DNA of 64,000 bases from an uncultured Thermoplasmatales archaeon (GCA_964581795.1 CAZOPW010000001.1:8359-72358), one strand, 5' to 3'; counted from the stretch's first letter, positions 38,836 through 49,492 are shown. Numbers and translations: made by a program. The notes: a model not told the origin generated them from the letters alone.

Positions 38836-39690
38836 TTAATCATTATATGGAATATCTAATGAGAATATAGTTTGTCCTTCAGTACTTTCCACTGATAAAT
38901 TTGCATTATATTTTTCACTTATATCATGAATTATCTGTAATCCTTTTCCATGATGAGCCCCTTTAGTTGAAACTGTTTTCTTTGATTGAATTTTTTTAAG
39001 AATTGAGGAGGATATCTTTTTACCCGTGTTTACAATTTCAATATGAACAAACTCTTTCTTATAAATAAATAAAATGGAAATAATCCCATTTTTACTATCT
39101 AGTTCCTGAATAGCTTCAATTGCATTGGACAGTAAATTATAAAGTAATAATTGAATTTCATAACCACAAACTAATAATTTGCGGGAAGATCCCTTTTTAT
39201 CAAAATGAATGCGTATTGATTCACGTTGATTTTTTTCACCAATGAGGTCCCCATACAATGTTTGTGGATAGCGTTTCAATAATTCTGTAATTGTTGAATC
39301 CAAAACATCCTCTAAATAGAACTTTTCTTCGTATTGTGGGTCCGAAATGATATTTTCAATTCGATCAATATTTTCATAAATCCCGTTCAACATTTCTTGT
39401 AATTCTGCTTTTTTTTCTTCTTCTATTGGCATGTAATCTATATTTTTTTCGATTAGATTGACATCAACTTTAATATGTTTAATATTGTGTTTTGGGTCTT
39501 CTGATTGATCAAAACTTTCAAACTCCTGAATTGTTTTTTCAACAACATCAGCTAAATCTTTTTGTTGCTGATACATAAAATATGTCCACATTAAATTTAG
39601 GCCGCCAATAGAACTATGACCATGTGCACGAATATACCATTGGATTTTTTCCTGAATATTTCCGGTTAGAAGAGGATTATTCATTGTCAC
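38836..39690 (-). CDS. GHKL/HATPase_c-domain protein (soluble histidine-kinase-like), translationally coupled to the CheV-like gene
   Basis: C-terminal ATPase motifs (LLYNLLSNAIEA; GKGLQIIHDI). No TM segments. 4-bp overlap with upstream gene (39687..39690). Confidence 0.6.
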   Translation of the reverse strand: MTMNNPLLTGNIQEKIQWYIRAHGHSSIGGLNLMWTYFMYQQQKDLADVVEKTIQEFESFDQSEDPKHNIKHIKVDVNLIEKNIDYMPIEEEKKAELQEMLNGIYENIDRIENIISDPQYEEKFYLEDVLDSTITELLKRYPQTLYGDLIGEKNQRESIRIHFDKKGSSRKLLVCGYEIQLLLYNLLSNAIEAIQELDSKNGIISILFIYKKEFVHIEIVNTGKKISSSILKKIQSKKTVSTKGAHHGKGLQIIHDISEKYNANLSVESTEGQTIFSLDIPYND

Positions 39691-40685
39691 TCCACTTTTT
39701 TATGTTTTTCCAATACGTTTTCAACTATATTGAGTAGATTTCCAATTTCAGGTTTGCTAATCTGTGCATCTGCACCTAGTAAATCTCCTTTTCTACGTAT
39801 TTCTTCATAAATTAATGAAGAAAAAAGAATAACTGGTAACTGGTTCATAGTTGCATCTTCTTTTATCTTTCGAAGAAGTGAATGCCCATCCATTTGCGGC
39901 ATCTCGATATCGGTAACAACCAGTTGAATATATTCTGTTATTGGACAATTTGAATTAGAAGATTTTCGTTTCCAGTTCGCAATACATTCCCAAGCAAGTT
40001 TTCCGTTATCTACAGAGACCACATCAAATCCGCCATCTTCTAAAATCCCTTTAAGCAAATCTCTAACGATGCTCGAATCCTCTGCGAGTAATACTTTTGG
40101 TGGAGGATTACCTCCATCCAACTGATCAATTATGTGTTTATCAGATTTAATGCTTAAGCTAACTTCCGGATTGATATCAGCAACGATCTTTTCAAAATCG
40201 ACCATCAACATTAGTTTCTTCTCATCTTTCCCAAGGGCTACAATTCCAGTAATACAATTTTTTCTAATATCATGTTGAACTTGGGCAGGGGGAAGAACTT
40301 TTTCCCAACTCATTCGATGAATAGTTTCTATTCGATGAACCAAAAACCCAAAATTATCCTGATTGAATTCCGCAACGATAACATATGTGTTATTATACTC
40401 CTCTACTTCACTCTCGTTCAACCATCCACCTAAATCGATAAGAGGAATTATTTTATCTCGGAGTTTAAAAACCCCTAATACATTCTTATGAGATGTAGGA
40501 ATGCCCATGTATTCTGGAGTTTTAATAATCTCTCTAATTTTAGCAACGTTTATGCCAAAGGATTGATACCGTTCACAATTTTTTAAATAGATACCAAATT
40601 CCGCTATTTCTACTTCATTCGTACCAGTTTCAAGTAATATTTCTTGACGATCAGTTTTATTTTCCATCCCAACCATTTTAATCAT
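39687..40685 (-). CDS. cheV: CheV-like protein (CheW domain + C-terminal receiver domain)
   Basis: N-terminal CheW-like domain (EFGIYLKNCERYQSFGINVAKIREII...KLRDKIIPLIDLGGWL). C-terminal REC (VLLAEDSSIVRD...VVTDIEMPQMDG...QISKP). Confidence 0.7.
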   Translation of the reverse strand: MIKMVGMENKTDRQEILLETGTNEVEIAEFGIYLKNCERYQSFGINVAKIREIIKTPEYMGIPTSHKNVLGVFKLRDKIIPLIDLGGWLNESEVEEYNNTYVIVAEFNQDNFGFLVHRIETIHRMSWEKVLPPAQVQHDIRKNCITGIVALGKDEKKLMLMVDFEKIVADINPEVSLSIKSDKHIIDQLDGGNPPPKVLLAEDSSIVRDLLKGILEDGGFDVVSVDNGKLAWECIANWKRKSSNSNCPITEYIQLVVTDIEMPQMDGHSLLRKIKEDATMNQLPVILFSSLIYEEIRRKGDLLGADAQISKPEIGNLLNIVENVLEKHKKVE

Positions 40686-41057
40686 ATTATAAACCCTTAT
40701 AAATCATTTTCTAAATAATTTATTTTTAATTTTATAAACAATTATTTAATCTAAAAAACTGTGAATACTATCTTATAATAATTAGCACATTTTAAACAAA
40801 TGAAATATAAAAAATATAATCACTATAATTTAACGTAGTTTACCTATCATAATCTTCCAAAAATTTTGTTAAGAATATTCCAATTTTATAAAAATGAAGT
40901 TCGAAGAAATTTATTATCCAATTTTCAAGTTAAGTATTTTCCTGCCAATGAATCATCCATTTAACTTTAAAAATCATGATAACAAATAGAATCAAGGAGA
41001 TCAATCTTATATAGGTAACTAATCCCTTTTCATTTGATAATGTATATATGTTTTTCA

Positions 41058-41435
41058 TTAGAGAATTCTTCTTGCTTTCATTCGAACTATAGGGTCATCT
41101 GATATTTGAGCAACTGTCTCAGCTAACTTATTAAATCCATCAACTTGATTAATATTAAACTTTCCAACTGGTTTACCATTTGCCGTCATTAATTTTAATT
41201 CACCGGTAAATGGTATTTCAGATAACTCGTCCTTCATTCGTGAATTTAGTTCTGTTGTCCCATCCATAGCATCCATTAAAGATATGCCTGTTTTGAATTG
41301 ATCATTCAAAAGATGTGAGATGAATGTGGATCGGTCACCTGTGATATTTTGCTGATCTATTTTATCCACAATTTCTGCAGGCAATTCCAAAAGGATAGTT
41401 TTTTTATGCATGTACGTTGTTAATAAAAATTGCAT
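41058..41435 (-). CDS. Hypothetical protein with possible N-terminal ribbon-helix-helix-like segment
   Basis: Weak resemblance of LELPAEIVDKIDQ...DRSTFISHLL to RHH motifs. Confidence 0.3.
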   Translation of the reverse strand: MQFLLTTYMHKKTILLELPAEIVDKIDQQNITGDRSTFISHLLNDQFKTGISLMDAMDGTTELNSRMKDELSEIPFTGELKLMTANGKPVGKFNINQVDGFNKLAETVAQISDDPIVRMKARRIL

Positions 41436-41522
41436 ATATTAATGTTTATATATGTTCTAAATATGATTTGCAAAAAACAAAAAATACATTTTTGAAATGA
41501 GTTAAAGAAAATGAAAAATATC

Positions 41523-41783
41523 TTATGAAATCATTGGATCGAAATCTGGTTTCCTCTTATGAGTAAATTGCTTTTTTGTTGTTACTATATTTAAAAAATG
41601 TTGTTCAATAATTTTAACCTGTTGAGGTGTTAAATTCTTTTTTTCTAAAACGATTTCGCCTTTATTATTATACACCTTGATTGTTCCTTTTTTAGTATTT
41701 GAAATAACTTTTAATTTTGATCCATCAGCTTGTTTCCAATTCCACGTTCGTTCATTAGACGTTTTCATTGACATCAACACCAA
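41523..41783 (-). CDS. Small hypothetical protein (86 aa)
   Basis: ORF only. Confidence 0.3.
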   Translation of the reverse strand: MVLMSMKTSNERTWNWKQADGSKLKVISNTKKGTIKVYNNKGEIVLEKKNLTPQQVKIIEQHFLNIVTTKKQFTHKRKPDFDPMIS

Positions 41784-42301
41784 TTTTATTAATTTGGTGA
41801 TATATTTTTTCTTTCTAGTGTTATTTAAGAGTTATTGAACAATTATGTGCAATTAAATTGAATTTGTTGATGTGAAAAAAATTTATGTTCTTTTTTTTGT
41901 ATTTTAAGTTCCTTCCTATCTTCATCACCATATATTATTTTATTATCCTAATCCCAAATTTGAACAAATATATTCGTATAACTTACTAATTATTTTTTAA
42001 ATTACTGTGGAAATATTTGAATTAAAAATTTTTTAAATGATCTATTTATAGAAGAATTTTTTGAATTAAGTATGGGTTAACCTAGCCATTTATTCAAAAA
42101 TATATTCTTATATGCCTCAGCTACGTTTCTGTTTCACAAATATTATTTATATTTATGTCAAATATAAATAAAAAACTTTTTTTGTTGCTAGCAATGCTAT
42201 TAATCTTTCTAACAACTTTCTTCTTAAAATTGAAATGAAATGCCAATAAACTATAAATTATAGAACTACTGATACAAGAAATGAATTATTAAAGTTAGAC
42301 A

Positions 42302-43282
42302 TTGAAAAAAGAAGAAGTGAAGAGTTTTATGAAAATTGAAGGACAAGATAAAACAGCGCTTTGGTTTGAAGACAATGCATTATATCTAATAGACCAACGG
42401 AAACTTCCCTTTAAAATCAAAATCGTAGAAGCCAAAACTGTTAAGGAAATAGCAAATGTAATTAAAACAATGGTTGTTCGAGGTGCACCGGCGATAGGAG
42501 CAACAGCGGCATATGGGATGGTTATAGGACAAAAAAATCCAAAAGAAACTGCAAAACTATTAAAAAAAACTCGACCAACTGCGTATGATCTCTTTTACGC
42601 CATTGATTATATGCTTAACGAGTTAACACAAAATAAAAATGCGCTAGATGCGGCAAATCATTATGCAGATACAATCGTAAATAATTGTAGATCTATTGGT
42701 ATACACGGTAACAGGTTAATAAAACAGGATATGAACATTCTTACTCATTGTAATGCTGGAGCTCTTGCAACAATAGATTGGGGGACAGCACTTTCTCCTT
42801 TGCGAATTGCTCATCAGGAGAAAAAAAATATATTTGTTTTTGCTGATGAAACTCGGCCGCGCTTACAAGGATTGTTAACTGCATGGGAATTAGCTCAAGA
42901 AAAGATTGCACATGCTGTTATCGCAGATAATGCAGCAGGATACTATATGAAAAATGGCGATATTGATATGGTGATAACTGGAGCAGACCGAATTGCAAAA
43001 AATGGAGATGTAGCAAATAAAATAGGAACATATGAAAAGGCAGTATTGGCAAAAGAAAACGATATTCCATTTTATGTAGCTGCTCCAAGAAGTACGTTTG
43101 ATAATTGCATTTCTTCAGGCGATGAAATCATAATCGAACAACGAGACAGCGAAGAACTTTTAACAGCAAATTCTCATCAAATTATGCCTATGAATACCAA
43201 TGTAAAAAATCCTGCATTTGATGTCACTCCCTATAAGTATATAACAGGATTCATCACAGAAGAGGGTATTAAAAAAATATAG
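42302..43282 (+). CDS. eIF-2B alpha/beta/delta-like family isomerase (methylthioribose-1-phosphate isomerase / ribose-1,5-bisphosphate isomerase family)
   Basis: Family signature region (VVRGAPAIGATAAYGMVIG) and overall length; real start possibly at Met 42329. Confidence 0.75.
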   Translation: MKKEEVKSFMKIEGQDKTALWFEDNALYLIDQRKLPFKIKIVEAKTVKEIANVIKTMVVRGAPAIGATAAYGMVIGQKNPKETAKLLKKTRPTAYDLFYAIDYMLNELTQNKNALDAANHYADTIVNNCRSIGIHGNRLIKQDMNILTHCNAGALATIDWGTALSPLRIAHQEKKNIFVFADETRPRLQGLLTAWELAQEKIAHAVIADNAAGYYMKNGDIDMVITGADRIAKNGDVANKIGTYEKAVLAKENDIPFYVAAPRSTFDNCISSGDEIIIEQRDSEELLTANSHQIMPMNTNVKNPAFDVTPYKYITGFITEEGIKKI

Positions 43283-43288
43283 TATATT

Positions 43289-45322
43289 TTATTCCTTTGT
43301 TTCCCGTTTGTTATCATCTTTTGTCGGACATTCTGTATCTAAACAGAACTCCCATGGTTTTTTCCCACGTGTTTTTACTTGAATAACTGGAGTGTTGCAA
43401 GCATCGCAAACTTTATCTGTTTTTTTAATCGATCCTCTTTGGGGTAATGGATAGGTATTTTTACAGGTTGGATATCCCGTACAACCTACAAACCGTTTTC
43501 CTCGACGAGACATTCTAATGACAAGGGCTTTACCACATTTTGGACATGTTCCAAGCGTGTTCTGTTTTAATGACGCTTCCTTGATATTGGTTTTAATTTT
43601 TTGTTTATCCTTTTCAAGTTCCTGCATGACTTTTGTGAGCATTTCTCTTGATTCTTCAATAGTTTCTTGGAGGGTTTTTTTACCTTCCGCGATAAGGTCC
43701 ATGTCTTTTTCAAGTTCAGCAGTCATTTTTGGTTTAACTACGTCACAATCGCTCATCGCATCTATAACAGCAACAGCAATCGGAGTTGGAGCGAAGGGTG
43801 AAAATGTAATGTATTTTCGTTGGTATAATTTATTTATTATATCGTGTCGAGTGGATTTTGTTCCAAGTGAAAGTTGCTCCATTTTTCCAATGAGAGTACC
43901 CTGTGAATATCTATTTGGTGGTTTGGTTTCATCTTCTTTCATTGATATTTTTTGAATATCTATATGTTCGCCTTTAATTAACTCTGGAAGCGGTTTCTCC
44001 TTGCTTTTAATATATGTGTAAATAGTTTTCCATCGTGGTTCAATTAATCTATATCCTTTGGCAGTAAAGGATTCGTTTTTAATTTTAAACTGTGCATTTA
44101 TTGTTTCTGATACTGCATCTTCAGAGAGTGTAGCTAAAAATCTTCGTACAATGAGTTCATACACTTTCTTACTTCTTCCCTTAAGTGGCATTTTTGGTGC
44201 ATCTACAGGGTGTATAGGAGGATGATCAGTGGTTTTTTTCTTTCCACGCATTGGTTGACGGCGACGATGGTTACGTACTTGCTTTACTTCATCGGAAAAA
44301 TCAGATTGAGACAACTTATCCAAAATACCACTAACATCAAGTGATTTTGGATAAACAGTATTATCTGTTCGAGGATAAGAAATAAGCCCGTTCATATATA
44401 ATTCTTCAGCTGTTTTCATCGCTTGAGCTGCTGAAACACGGATATACGAAGCTGCTTGGATGAAAGAAGTAGTGTTAAATGGATGGGGTGGACGTTCCTT
44501 ACGAGTATTTTTTTTAACAGAGATAACCGTTGCTTGTTTAGCATCCTTAATTTTATCATATATACTTGATACTTTTTCTTTATCCCAAAACCGTCCGTCC
44601 TGATGATCTGCTTCAAAAATCTCTTGTTTTTTTAATTCTGCAATTATTTTCCAATATGGTGTTGGAGTGAACGCTTTAATTTCTTTTTCTTTTTCTACAA
44701 GTAACGCGAGCGTTGGTGATTGTACTCGACCAATAGATAGAAATTCCTTCCCCGTTTTATTTGAGGTTAAAGAAATAAATCGCGTAAGAACCGCTCCCCA
44801 GATAAGATCAATAATTTGTCGGGATTCTCCTGCTGCTGAAAGATTATAGTCAACTTCGGTTAATTCATCAAACGCATTTTTTATCTCGAAGGGAGTAATT
44901 GCACTAAAATGGGCTCGCTTAATGTTACTGAGATTTTTATTATATTTTTTCACTAAATCAATTGCTTCAACACCAATTAACTCACCTTCACGATCAAAAT
45001 CCGTAGCTACGATGATATGTATAGAATCATTTAACAATTTTTTTAGTGCTGAGGCAATCCCTTTCTGAGTGACTTTTTTCTCAGGATCTACATTAATCAG
45101 GTTTCTAGGTGCAATTCGCCACCAAATTTTATATTTTGAAGGAAAATCTAAATTGATTATGTGCCCCCGTAAACCAATAATCTTCCATTCTACATCTTCA
45201 GACTTAAATTCATATATAGGGACAGAACCAATCTTTGTTTGTTTAGAAGATCCGCTAGAAAGAATTGACGCGATACGTTTTGCTGCAATATTTTTTTCAC
45301 AAATTATTAAATTCATCATCAT
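43289..45322 (-). CDS. topA: DNA topoisomerase I (type IA) with C-terminal zinc ribbons
   Basis: Toprim motif IVATDFDREGELIG; C-terminal CxxC...CxxC zinc fingers. Confidence 0.85.
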   Translation of the reverse strand: MMMNLIICEKNIAAKRIASILSSGSSKQTKIGSVPIYEFKSEDVEWKIIGLRGHIINLDFPSKYKIWWRIAPRNLINVDPEKKVTQKGIASALKKLLNDSIHIIVATDFDREGELIGVEAIDLVKKYNKNLSNIKRAHFSAITPFEIKNAFDELTEVDYNLSAAGESRQIIDLIWGAVLTRFISLTSNKTGKEFLSIGRVQSPTLALLVEKEKEIKAFTPTPYWKIIAELKKQEIFEADHQDGRFWDKEKVSSIYDKIKDAKQATVISVKKNTRKERPPHPFNTTSFIQAASYIRVSAAQAMKTAEELYMNGLISYPRTDNTVYPKSLDVSGILDKLSQSDFSDEVKQVRNHRRRQPMRGKKKTTDHPPIHPVDAPKMPLKGRSKKVYELIVRRFLATLSEDAVSETINAQFKIKNESFTAKGYRLIEPRWKTIYTYIKSKEKPLPELIKGEHIDIQKISMKEDETKPPNRYSQGTLIGKMEQLSLGTKSTRHDIINKLYQRKYITFSPFAPTPIAVAVIDAMSDCDVVKPKMTAELEKDMDLIAEGKKTLQETIEESREMLTKVMQELEKDKQKIKTNIKEASLKQNTLGTCPKCGKALVIRMSRRGKRFVGCTGYPTCKNTYPLPQRGSIKKTDKVCDACNTPVIQVKTRGKKPWEFCLDTECPTKDDNKRETKE

Positions 45323-45429
45323 CCAAACAAGCTCGTGTTTTGTCCTGGAAATAAGAGACTCCTATATAATTGGTTTGTTTTTGAAACGACTAATAACGTC
45401 GAAACTATTAATTAATTAATATCTATACC

Positions 45430-45894
45430 GTGTCGAGGAATACTATGAAAATACAAATAGTATTAGGTTCAACTTCAGACATGCCTATTGCAGAAAAAGC
45501 AAAAAAAATATTAGATCAATTCACTGTGGAGTATGATATTAAAGTGGCATCGGCACATCGAACGCCTGATGTTGTAGAAGATCTGGTAAAAAAGAATAAT
45601 GCAGATGTTTTCATTGGTGTAGCCGGACTCGCTGCAGCACTTCCAGGTACTATGGCAGCACATACCATCAAACCAGTTATCGGCGTTCCAGTCAGTGGAA
45701 AAGTTAATTTTGATTCCATTCTTTCCATTATACAAATGCCTCCAGGTATCCCAACTGCGGCAGTAGGCTTAGATCGAGGGGACAACGCTGCGTTACTTGC
45801 ATTAGAAATCATTGGACTACAGGATAAGATAATTGCAGAAGAATTAAAACAGTATAGAAAAAAAATGAGAGAAAAAGTATTGAATTCAAAATGA
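45430..45894 (+). CDS. purE: N5-carboxyaminoimidazole ribonucleotide mutase PurE
   Basis: KIQIVLGSTSDMP...ASAHRTPD...GVAGLAAALPG motifs. Confidence 0.85.
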   Translation: MSRNTMKIQIVLGSTSDMPIAEKAKKILDQFTVEYDIKVASAHRTPDVVEDLVKKNNADVFIGVAGLAAALPGTMAAHTIKPVIGVPVSGKVNFDSILSIIQMPPGIPTAAVGLDRGDNAALLALEIIGLQDKIIAEELKQYRKKMREKVLNSK

Positions 45895-45900
45895 AGTCAT

Positions 45901-46848
45901 ATGTTTAAAGCAAGTCAGTTTATCCAAGAAGCAACAAAGCAAATCCAAAAAACAGTAAATGGAAAAGCACTTATAGCCTTTTCTGGAGGAGTGGATAGTA
46001 CCGTATGTGCTGCTCTTGTAAATAAAGCAATAGGTAATCAATTAATCGCGGTTCACGTTGATACTGGATTCATGCGAAAAAATGAATCTGAATATACAAA
46101 GAAACTAATGGAAGAAATGAACCTTAATTACCGTTTCATCAATGCACGAGAACAATTCTTTTATTCATTAACAAATGTCACGGATCCAGAGGAAAAAAGA
46201 AAAGTTATTGGGGAAAAGTTTATTGAAATTTTTGATCAAGTAGCCAATAAAGAAAATATTAAATATTTAGTTCAAGGAACAATAGCTCCAGACTGGATCG
46301 AATCGGGGGGAGAGCTGAGGGACACGATTAAATCACATCATAATGTTGGCGGTCTACCTAAAAAAATGAATTTAAAACTTGTTGAACCATTACGAGATTT
46401 ATATAAGGATGAAGTTAGAGAACTTGCTCGTGCACTCAACATATCAGTTTCAGAAAAACAACCTTTCCCCGGTCCAGGCCTTGCAATTCGTATTTTAGGA
46501 GAGGTCACACCAGAAAGAACTGAAATCGTTCGGGAAGCTTGTGCAATTGTTGAAGAAGAAATTGAAAAAGCAGCTGCTGAAAAGAAAATGGCATTACCAT
46601 GGCAATATTTCGCTGTATTACTGCCAATTAAATCAGTTGGTGTACATGGAGATAAAAGAGCGTATGGTCATGTCATTGCAATAAGAGCTGTTGAAAGTAT
46701 GGATGCGATGAGTTGTTCATTTAGCATGATACCACATGATATTCTTGATACTATTTCAAATCGAATTACTAACACATTAGGTAACGATATAAACCGAGTT
46801 GTGTATGATGTAACAAATAAACCACCTGGAACTATTGAATGGGAATAA
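45901..46848 (+). CDS. guaAB: GMP synthase subunit B (ATP pyrophosphatase subunit)
   Basis: PP-loop SGGVDSTV; archaeal two-subunit arrangement with adjacent GATase subunit. Confidence 0.85.
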   Translation: MFKASQFIQEATKQIQKTVNGKALIAFSGGVDSTVCAALVNKAIGNQLIAVHVDTGFMRKNESEYTKKLMEEMNLNYRFINAREQFFYSLTNVTDPEEKRKVIGEKFIEIFDQVANKENIKYLVQGTIAPDWIESGGELRDTIKSHHNVGGLPKKMNLKLVEPLRDLYKDEVRELARALNISVSEKQPFPGPGLAIRILGEVTPERTEIVREACAIVEEEIEKAAAEKKMALPWQYFAVLLPIKSVGVHGDKRAYGHVIAIRAVESMDAMSCSFSMIPHDILDTISNRITNTLGNDINRVVYDVTNKPPGTIEWE

Positions 46849-46881
46849 TAAACCGTGAAAAGATGGAATTTGGAGTAGAAT

Positions 46882-47460
46882 ATGGTTTCAATTTATGTTG
46901 TTGATAATGGGGGACAGTGGACACATAGAGAATGGAGAATGCTAAAATATCTTGATGTAACCACAAAAATCGTCCCAAACACTACGTCCTGGAAAAGTCT
47001 GGTTGAGGAGGGGGTTGATGGACTAATTCTATCGGGAGGAGCTCCTAGAATAGGCCTTGAAAATAAGTTGGGTAACTGTGATGAATATTTGAAAAACGCG
47101 ACTATTCCAATTCTTGGAATTTGTGCAGGGCATCAGTTCATGGCTCGTTTTTTTGGCGGTGATGCAAAACCATCAATAATTCCAGAATTTGGAAAAATAA
47201 CCTTAACTCTTTTAGAAGAAAACAATCCGTTGTTTTTTACGGTTCCTAAACAGTCTATCGTCTGGGAATCTCATAATGATGAAATAACAAAGCTCCCTGA
47301 TTCAATGATAAATGTTGCAAAAAGTGAAAATTGTAAATATCAAGCAATCATGCATAAGAAAAAACCATTTTTTGGTTTGCAATTTCATCCAGAGGTAAAT
47401 AATACTGAATATGGCGAACAAATATTTAAAAATTTCATTAATATTTGTAAAACAAATTAA
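46882..47460 (+). CDS. guaAA: GMP synthase subunit A (class I glutamine amidotransferase)
   Basis: GICAGHQ catalytic Cys motif; HPE near C-terminus. Confidence 0.8.
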   Translation: MVSIYVVDNGGQWTHREWRMLKYLDVTTKIVPNTTSWKSLVEEGVDGLILSGGAPRIGLENKLGNCDEYLKNATIPILGICAGHQFMARFFGGDAKPSIIPEFGKITLTLLEENNPLFFTVPKQSIVWESHNDEITKLPDSMINVAKSENCKYQAIMHKKKPFFGLQFHPEVNNTEYGEQIFKNFINICKTN

Positions 47461-47474
47461 AAAATCAGCCAACT

Positions 47475-48029
47475 TTATTCCCATCTTTTGAATAAGTTAT
47501 GAGAAATTGAAAGTTGATCAAGAATTTTTCCAACAATAAAATCAACAAGATCAGAAAGCGTTTCTGGCTCATGATAAAAACCCGGTGCTGCAGGCAAGAC
47601 AATACCGCCAGCATGATATACCTGAGTCATATTATGAAGGCCTGCCAAATCAAATGGCGTTTCTCGCGGAACGACAATTAGTGTTTTTTTTTCTTTCAAA
47701 ATACAACTAGCACTTCGAGAGATCAGTCGATTCGCATATCCATTTGAAATAGCTGCCAGTGTTTTCATACTACAGGGAACAATGACCATTGCATCTATTG
47801 GAAATGATCCGCTAGCAGGACCAGCAAATAAATCATTATTTTCATAAACGTGATCTGCTAAACTCTCAACCTTTTCAACGGTCGTATTAGTTTCATAGGC
47901 TATAATTTGTTTTGCAGTTGATGATAAAATTAGATGAGAGGTGAAATCATGCTTTTTTAATTCTTGTAGCAAACGAATTCCATAAATGCTTCCAGATGCC
48001 CCGGTTATTCCTACAAGAATGTCTTTCAT
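47475..48029 (-). CDS. ubiX: UbiX-family flavin prenyltransferase
   Basis: ILVGITGASGSIYGIRLL flavoprotein motif; ~185 aa. Confidence 0.75.
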   Translation of the reverse strand: MKDILVGITGASGSIYGIRLLQELKKHDFTSHLILSSTAKQIIAYETNTTVEKVESLADHVYENNDLFAGPASGSFPIDAMVIVPCSMKTLAAISNGYANRLISRSASCILKEKKTLIVVPRETPFDLAGLHNMTQVYHAGGIVLPAAPGFYHEPETLSDLVDFIVGKILDQLSISHNLFKRWE

Positions 48030-48045
48030 AGTTTGATCAAATCCT

Positions 48046-48792
48046 TTATTTTAAGCTATGAATCATAGCTCCAATTTTTTCTTTTACATCTCGTTCTTTT
48101 TCCAAGGCAGTACCTGTTACTATGATATCTGCTCCAGCTATGACTTTTTGTTTCACCGTCTTTACAGAGCGTATACCTCCTCCAACACACAAGGGGATAG
48201 TTATATTTTTCTTTACTGCAGCTATCATCTCATCACTAACTGCTTGAGGAGCACCAGATCCTGCTTCTAAATAGAAAAAATCCATGCCTAAATATTCTGC
48301 AGAAAGCGCATAACCAACAGCTGTTTCAATATCGTTTCTTTTTACAAGGTCTACTTCACCTTTTTTCCCAGCAGTCATTCCCGGTTCAACAATAAGATAC
48401 CCCATTGATATGGGTTCAATACCTGTATGTTTTATGAATGGTGCACCTTTAACATGTTCGCGGATAACATAGCCTAAATTTCTAGAATTAAGCAAACTCA
48501 TGAAAAAAACCGCATCAGCATATTGACTCAAGAATTTCGCTGCTGATGGAAAAAGGATAACGGGTAATGATGATCTTTTTTTAATCATTTTAACGGTGTC
48601 ATCTACTTGTTTTTGGGAGATCAGTGTTGATCCTCCTACCATAATTGCAGTACTTCCTGCTTCTTCAGCTTCAGCGGCAAGCATTCCTGCTTCAGAAGGA
48701 GATTGTTTATCTGGATCAATAAGTGAGAAATGTAAAGGGCCCTCTTGAACTTGAGTTCTAATTTTTTCTGAAAGCTTCATACCAGTAGACAA
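48046..48792 (-). CDS. Geranylgeranylglyceryl phosphate synthase (GGGP synthase, PcrB family)
   Basis: ~248 aa TIM-barrel family with GGGIRS-type motif (CVGGGIRS); archaeal lipid context with GG reductase nearby. Confidence 0.75.
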   Translation of the reverse strand: MSTGMKLSEKIRTQVQEGPLHFSLIDPDKQSPSEAGMLAAEAEEAGSTAIMVGGSTLISQKQVDDTVKMIKKRSSLPVILFPSAAKFLSQYADAVFFMSLLNSRNLGYVIREHVKGAPFIKHTGIEPISMGYLIVEPGMTAGKKGEVDLVKRNDIETAVGYALSAEYLGMDFFYLEAGSGAPQAVSDEMIAAVKKNITIPLCVGGGIRSVKTVKQKVIAGADIIVTGTALEKERDVKEKIGAMIHSLK

Positions 48793-49033
48793 TACAGACT
48801 AACTTTATAATCTTTTTTTTATCTGAGGAAGGCATATGCGAATAATTATATTTTTAACTTAAAATAGCTTTATAAATTTTTGATTCTACTTCTTTAGAAG
48901 CGTATTTAAAAACAACCAATTTATTAATTTTGAAATAATTAATAATTCTTTATTAAAAATTTTTATTTTGCACAAATATTTTAACAAAAGTTATTTATAA
49001 TAAATAATAATTTTTTATTAATGGGAGTCAACT

Positions 49034-49444
49034 ATGAAAAAAATTGTTATCATTTTAATTGCCTTTGTAATAGCTCTGATGGTAACGCCATCATTAACAG
49101 CAGAGTTGCCAATAGAGACAGGACCTAGATTAGAAACGTCAATTCTAACTGGTTTTAATATGTTTATTTTTCAGATTTTTGTCGAAAATACGGGTGATGA
49201 AATAGCAAATAATGTTACATTAACCGATGTAACTGTAGAAGGGAATATACTTTTCAATTTTCAGGAAGCAAACCCTTGGAGCGAAAATATTGCACCGGGA
49301 GAAAAAACCATTCTTGATCCAAACAGTGTAGCTATTGGCTTTGGTAAATTTTCAGTTTCTATGACTGTATCTTGTGATGAAGCAGTAACTTCAACATCTA
49401 CTGTAGATGGTTTAATAGTTGGACCAGTTATATTCATACCATAA
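49034..49444 (+). CDS. Small secreted protein
   Basis: Signal peptide KKIVIILIAFVIALMVTPSLTA. Confidence 0.4.
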   Translation: MKKIVIILIAFVIALMVTPSLTAELPIETGPRLETSILTGFNMFIFQIFVENTGDEIANNVTLTDVTVEGNILFNFQEANPWSENIAPGEKTILDPNSVAIGFGKFSVSMTVSCDEAVTSTSTVDGLIVGPVIFIP

Positions 49445-49492
49445 AAAAATGTGCTTTTTTACAAGCTCTAATAAGTGTAATTAGATATTAGA

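Noticed and set aside
42302-43282. Calling this gene a translation initiation factor aIF-2B subunit
   Set aside because: This family in archaea generally encodes sugar-phosphate isomerases (MTR-1-P or ribose-1,5-bisphosphate isomerase). No evidence for an initiation-factor role can be read from the sequence, so a family-level call was kept.
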